DNA of 64,000 nucleotides from Scenedesmus sp. PABB004 (taxonomy: Eukaryota). How positions within the stretch are numbered: position 1 is the first letter of the stretch; each line of letters begins with the position of its first letter. Of the stretch, positions 61,811-64,000 are shown piece by piece. Under the pieces are notes generated by a model that saw nothing but the letters and a program-made list of their open reading frames with translations, did no database searches and was not told where the DNA came from. The stretch covers positions 558,001 through 622,000 of the forward strand of contig JABVCE010000012.1 in NCBI GenBank assembly GCA_014905635.1, written 5' to 3'. The position numbers were made by a program, and so were the translations under genes.

Positions 61811-64000
61811 ATGGCTGCGCCCGGCGGCGCGGCGTGGCGGCTGTGGCGGCCGGGGCCGCTCGACGCTGTCCGAAAGTTTGCGCTGAGCGAAACCTTCCAG
61901 GGCGCGCTGCAGCTGACCGTGGGCATGCTCTTCGTGTCGCTGTTCGTCTTCGTCCAGTGAGAGGCGGTGCCTCACCGGCAGCAGGCTGCAGCGGCCGCGC
62001 GGGCGCGGCGGCCGTGTGCAGCGCAGCACGGCCGAGCGCGGCGCAACCGCCCCCCGGGCTCACCCGCCGCGGCGCCGCCGCGGCGCGTGCCGCCCGGCCG
62101 GCGCAGGGCGCTGCGCTTCCCCGGGTCGTGCGTGGCGGTGCTGCTGTACATCGTCGTCGCGGTGACCGCGGCGCCGGACAACCACGTCGGCACGCGCATC
62201 TTCATCGCGGGCTTCATGATCGGACCCATGTGGCTCGGCCTCCTCACCGGCGGCGTCGTGGTGCGCGCGCCTCGGCGCGGCGGGCGCGCGGGCAGCGGGC
62301 AGCGCCAGCCGCGGCCGAGCGCCGGCGGCGAGCCGCGGCGCCGTGCCGGCGGCGCGCGGCGTGCCGGCCGCGACGCCGCCGCCGCCGGCCGCGCGCCGCC
62401 CGCGCCGCGCACAGGGCACGGTCGGCATGCTCGCGCCGAGCGGCGTGGGGCGGCTCGTCGTGCTGTCGACGCTCGGCCCCGCCGCGGTCGTGCCGTTTGC
62501 GGTCACGCGCGTCGGCACGGGGCACCTCTACCTCTGGGCCATGGGCATGGTCACCGCGCTCTACGTGGGCATGCCCATAATTGCCGGCTGGCCCGCCCCC
62601 ACGCTCGCCGTGTTCTGGATGCGCAGCGTCGTCTGGGTGTTTGCCGCCGCGGGCGTCGCGATGTTTGCCGGCGGCGCGCTCAGCATGGTCGTCGCGCCGT
62701 CGCTCGCGTCGCACGCGGTGGGCGCGACGAGCAAGCGGCGCGCGGCGCGCGGCGCGCGGCGTGCGCGGGGCAGCCGCCGCCGCGGCGGCGGCGCCCCGCT
62801 GCCCGGCCCGCGCGCGGGCTCACGCCCGCGCACCGCACCGCGCACCGCAGCTGGAGGGCGACGTCGCGGCCGCGCTGCGCGCGCTGGGACACCACCTCGG
62901 CGCGACGGCGAGCCACCTGCTGCGCGGCGCGGACGCGCGCGCGCCGCTGCCGGCGCACCTCCAGGGCCTGCACCCGCTCGCGCTCGAGGACGCCGCCGGC
63001 ACGGCGCTCACGCCGGGCGTGCGCGAGCAGGACGGCATGGCCAACGTGCGGCGCCGCGCCGCGCCGCGCCGCGCCGCGCCGCGCCGCGCCGCACCGCGCT
63101 CGGGGCGGGGCCCGCGGGGCTCGCTCGCGCACGCCTCCGCGGCGCCCGAGCGCACGCCCGCGGCCCGCGCCCGCGCCGCCGCGCCCGCGCGCAGGCGAGC
63201 GTGCGTGACATGTACGTCGCGGTCATGGACTGGTTTGAGCACCTCAGCCGCCCGCCGCCGCCCGCCGCGGCGGCGGCGCGGTCCGCCGGCGCGCTGCCCT
63301 GCCTCGCGCGCAGCGACGGCGGCAGCAGCTTCGCGAGCAGCACCGCCGCCAAGAGCACCTTTTACGGCGCCGACGCGGCGGGTGCGCGCCTGGCCTGCCG
63401 CGGCCGGCTGCCTCGGCGCTCGCGCGCCGCTGCGGAAGGCGCCCGCCGTCGCACGCCGCCACGCGCGCGCTGCGCTGACCTGACGTGCCGGCGCCGCCGC
63501 CACCGCCCGCCAGGCCTGGCCGCCGCCGCGGTCGCGGCGGCCGCGGGGGACGTGTCGGACGCGGACGTGGACATCAACGGCGAGCAGTCTGACGACGGCG
63601 GTGAGCCCGGCGGCCGCGGCGGCAGCGGCGCGAGCCTGGGCCCCTTTGCGGCGCGGGCGTCGCGGCCCGGCAGCATCGCGGAGGGCCGGCCCGTCTCGGC
63701 CGGCGCGGGGCTTGGGCTGCGCCTGGCCAGCAGCAGGGAGGCGTCCGCGGGCGTGCGCGACCTGCGGCTGAGCTCGGGCCTGCGCGCCGCGTCGACCGTC
63801 GCCGTGCGCGCCAAGGCGGCCGCCACGGCCACCCGCGCGCCGAGCGACGGCGTCAAGTGGGCGGACAGCGTCGTCGGCGGCGGCGGCGGCGGCGGCGGCC
63901 CGCGCGGCGCGCCGACGCCGGCGCCGGGCATCGCCGCCGCGCGGCAGCTGCTGGCGCACGCGTTCCAGCTGCTTGACGCCGCCGCGTCGGAGCCGGGCTG
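61811..64000 (+). CDS. ALMT/FUSC/aromatic-acid-exporter-like multipass membrane protein, 5' part (continues beyond window)
   Basis: ATG 61811; FQGALQLTVGMLFVSLFVFV; ..DNHVGTRIFIAG..; about 6 TM segments ending GALSMVVAPSLASHA|LEGDVAAALRALG, the P..A...l..dva..l pattern that follows the TM block in this superfamily; then a long low-complexity cytosolic region. Confidence 0.6.

Overview
Eukaryotic nuclear DNA, extremely GC-rich (roughly 80% by eye), gene-dense and intron-rich (introns mostly about 100-250 nt, CTCAC/CTGAC branch points, GTGCGC or GCGCGC donors). It is most consistent with a chlorophyte green alga (Sphaeropleales-like). Most long ORFs in the supplied track are GC-driven shadow ORFs; real genes were reconstructed by hand-splicing. 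Host genes in order: TASH3 (TPLATE/TSET subunit, here with an SH3-BAG-like-SH3 tail), CLASP, a TRIC/TMEM38-like channel, an RSZ-type SR splicing factor, AP-4 beta adaptin, an aldo-keto reductase, a very large Sfi1-repeat protein, a small Cys-containing membrane protein, a lumenal FKBP, a UIM/RING-H2 E3 ligase, a plastid RseP/M50 protease, a COG0523/CobW GTPase, a secreted acetoacetate-decarboxylase-fold protein and the 5' part of an ALMT/FUSC-like transporter. The most striking feature is six dispersed copies of a ~1.6-1.9 kb two-intron cassette, each sitting between host genes and encoding an F-box-like motif plus ankyrin-like repeats. The scaffold and upstream DNA are conserved (147 nt identical between two copies), while the predicted binding-face residues are hypervariable, A/T-enriched and shuffled between copies. 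This is a candidate diversifying SCF substrate-receptor repertoire, possibly for defence. Also notable: at least 18 GC-AG introns with poor U1 complementarity, and several small indels in GC tracts that are probably assembly errors.
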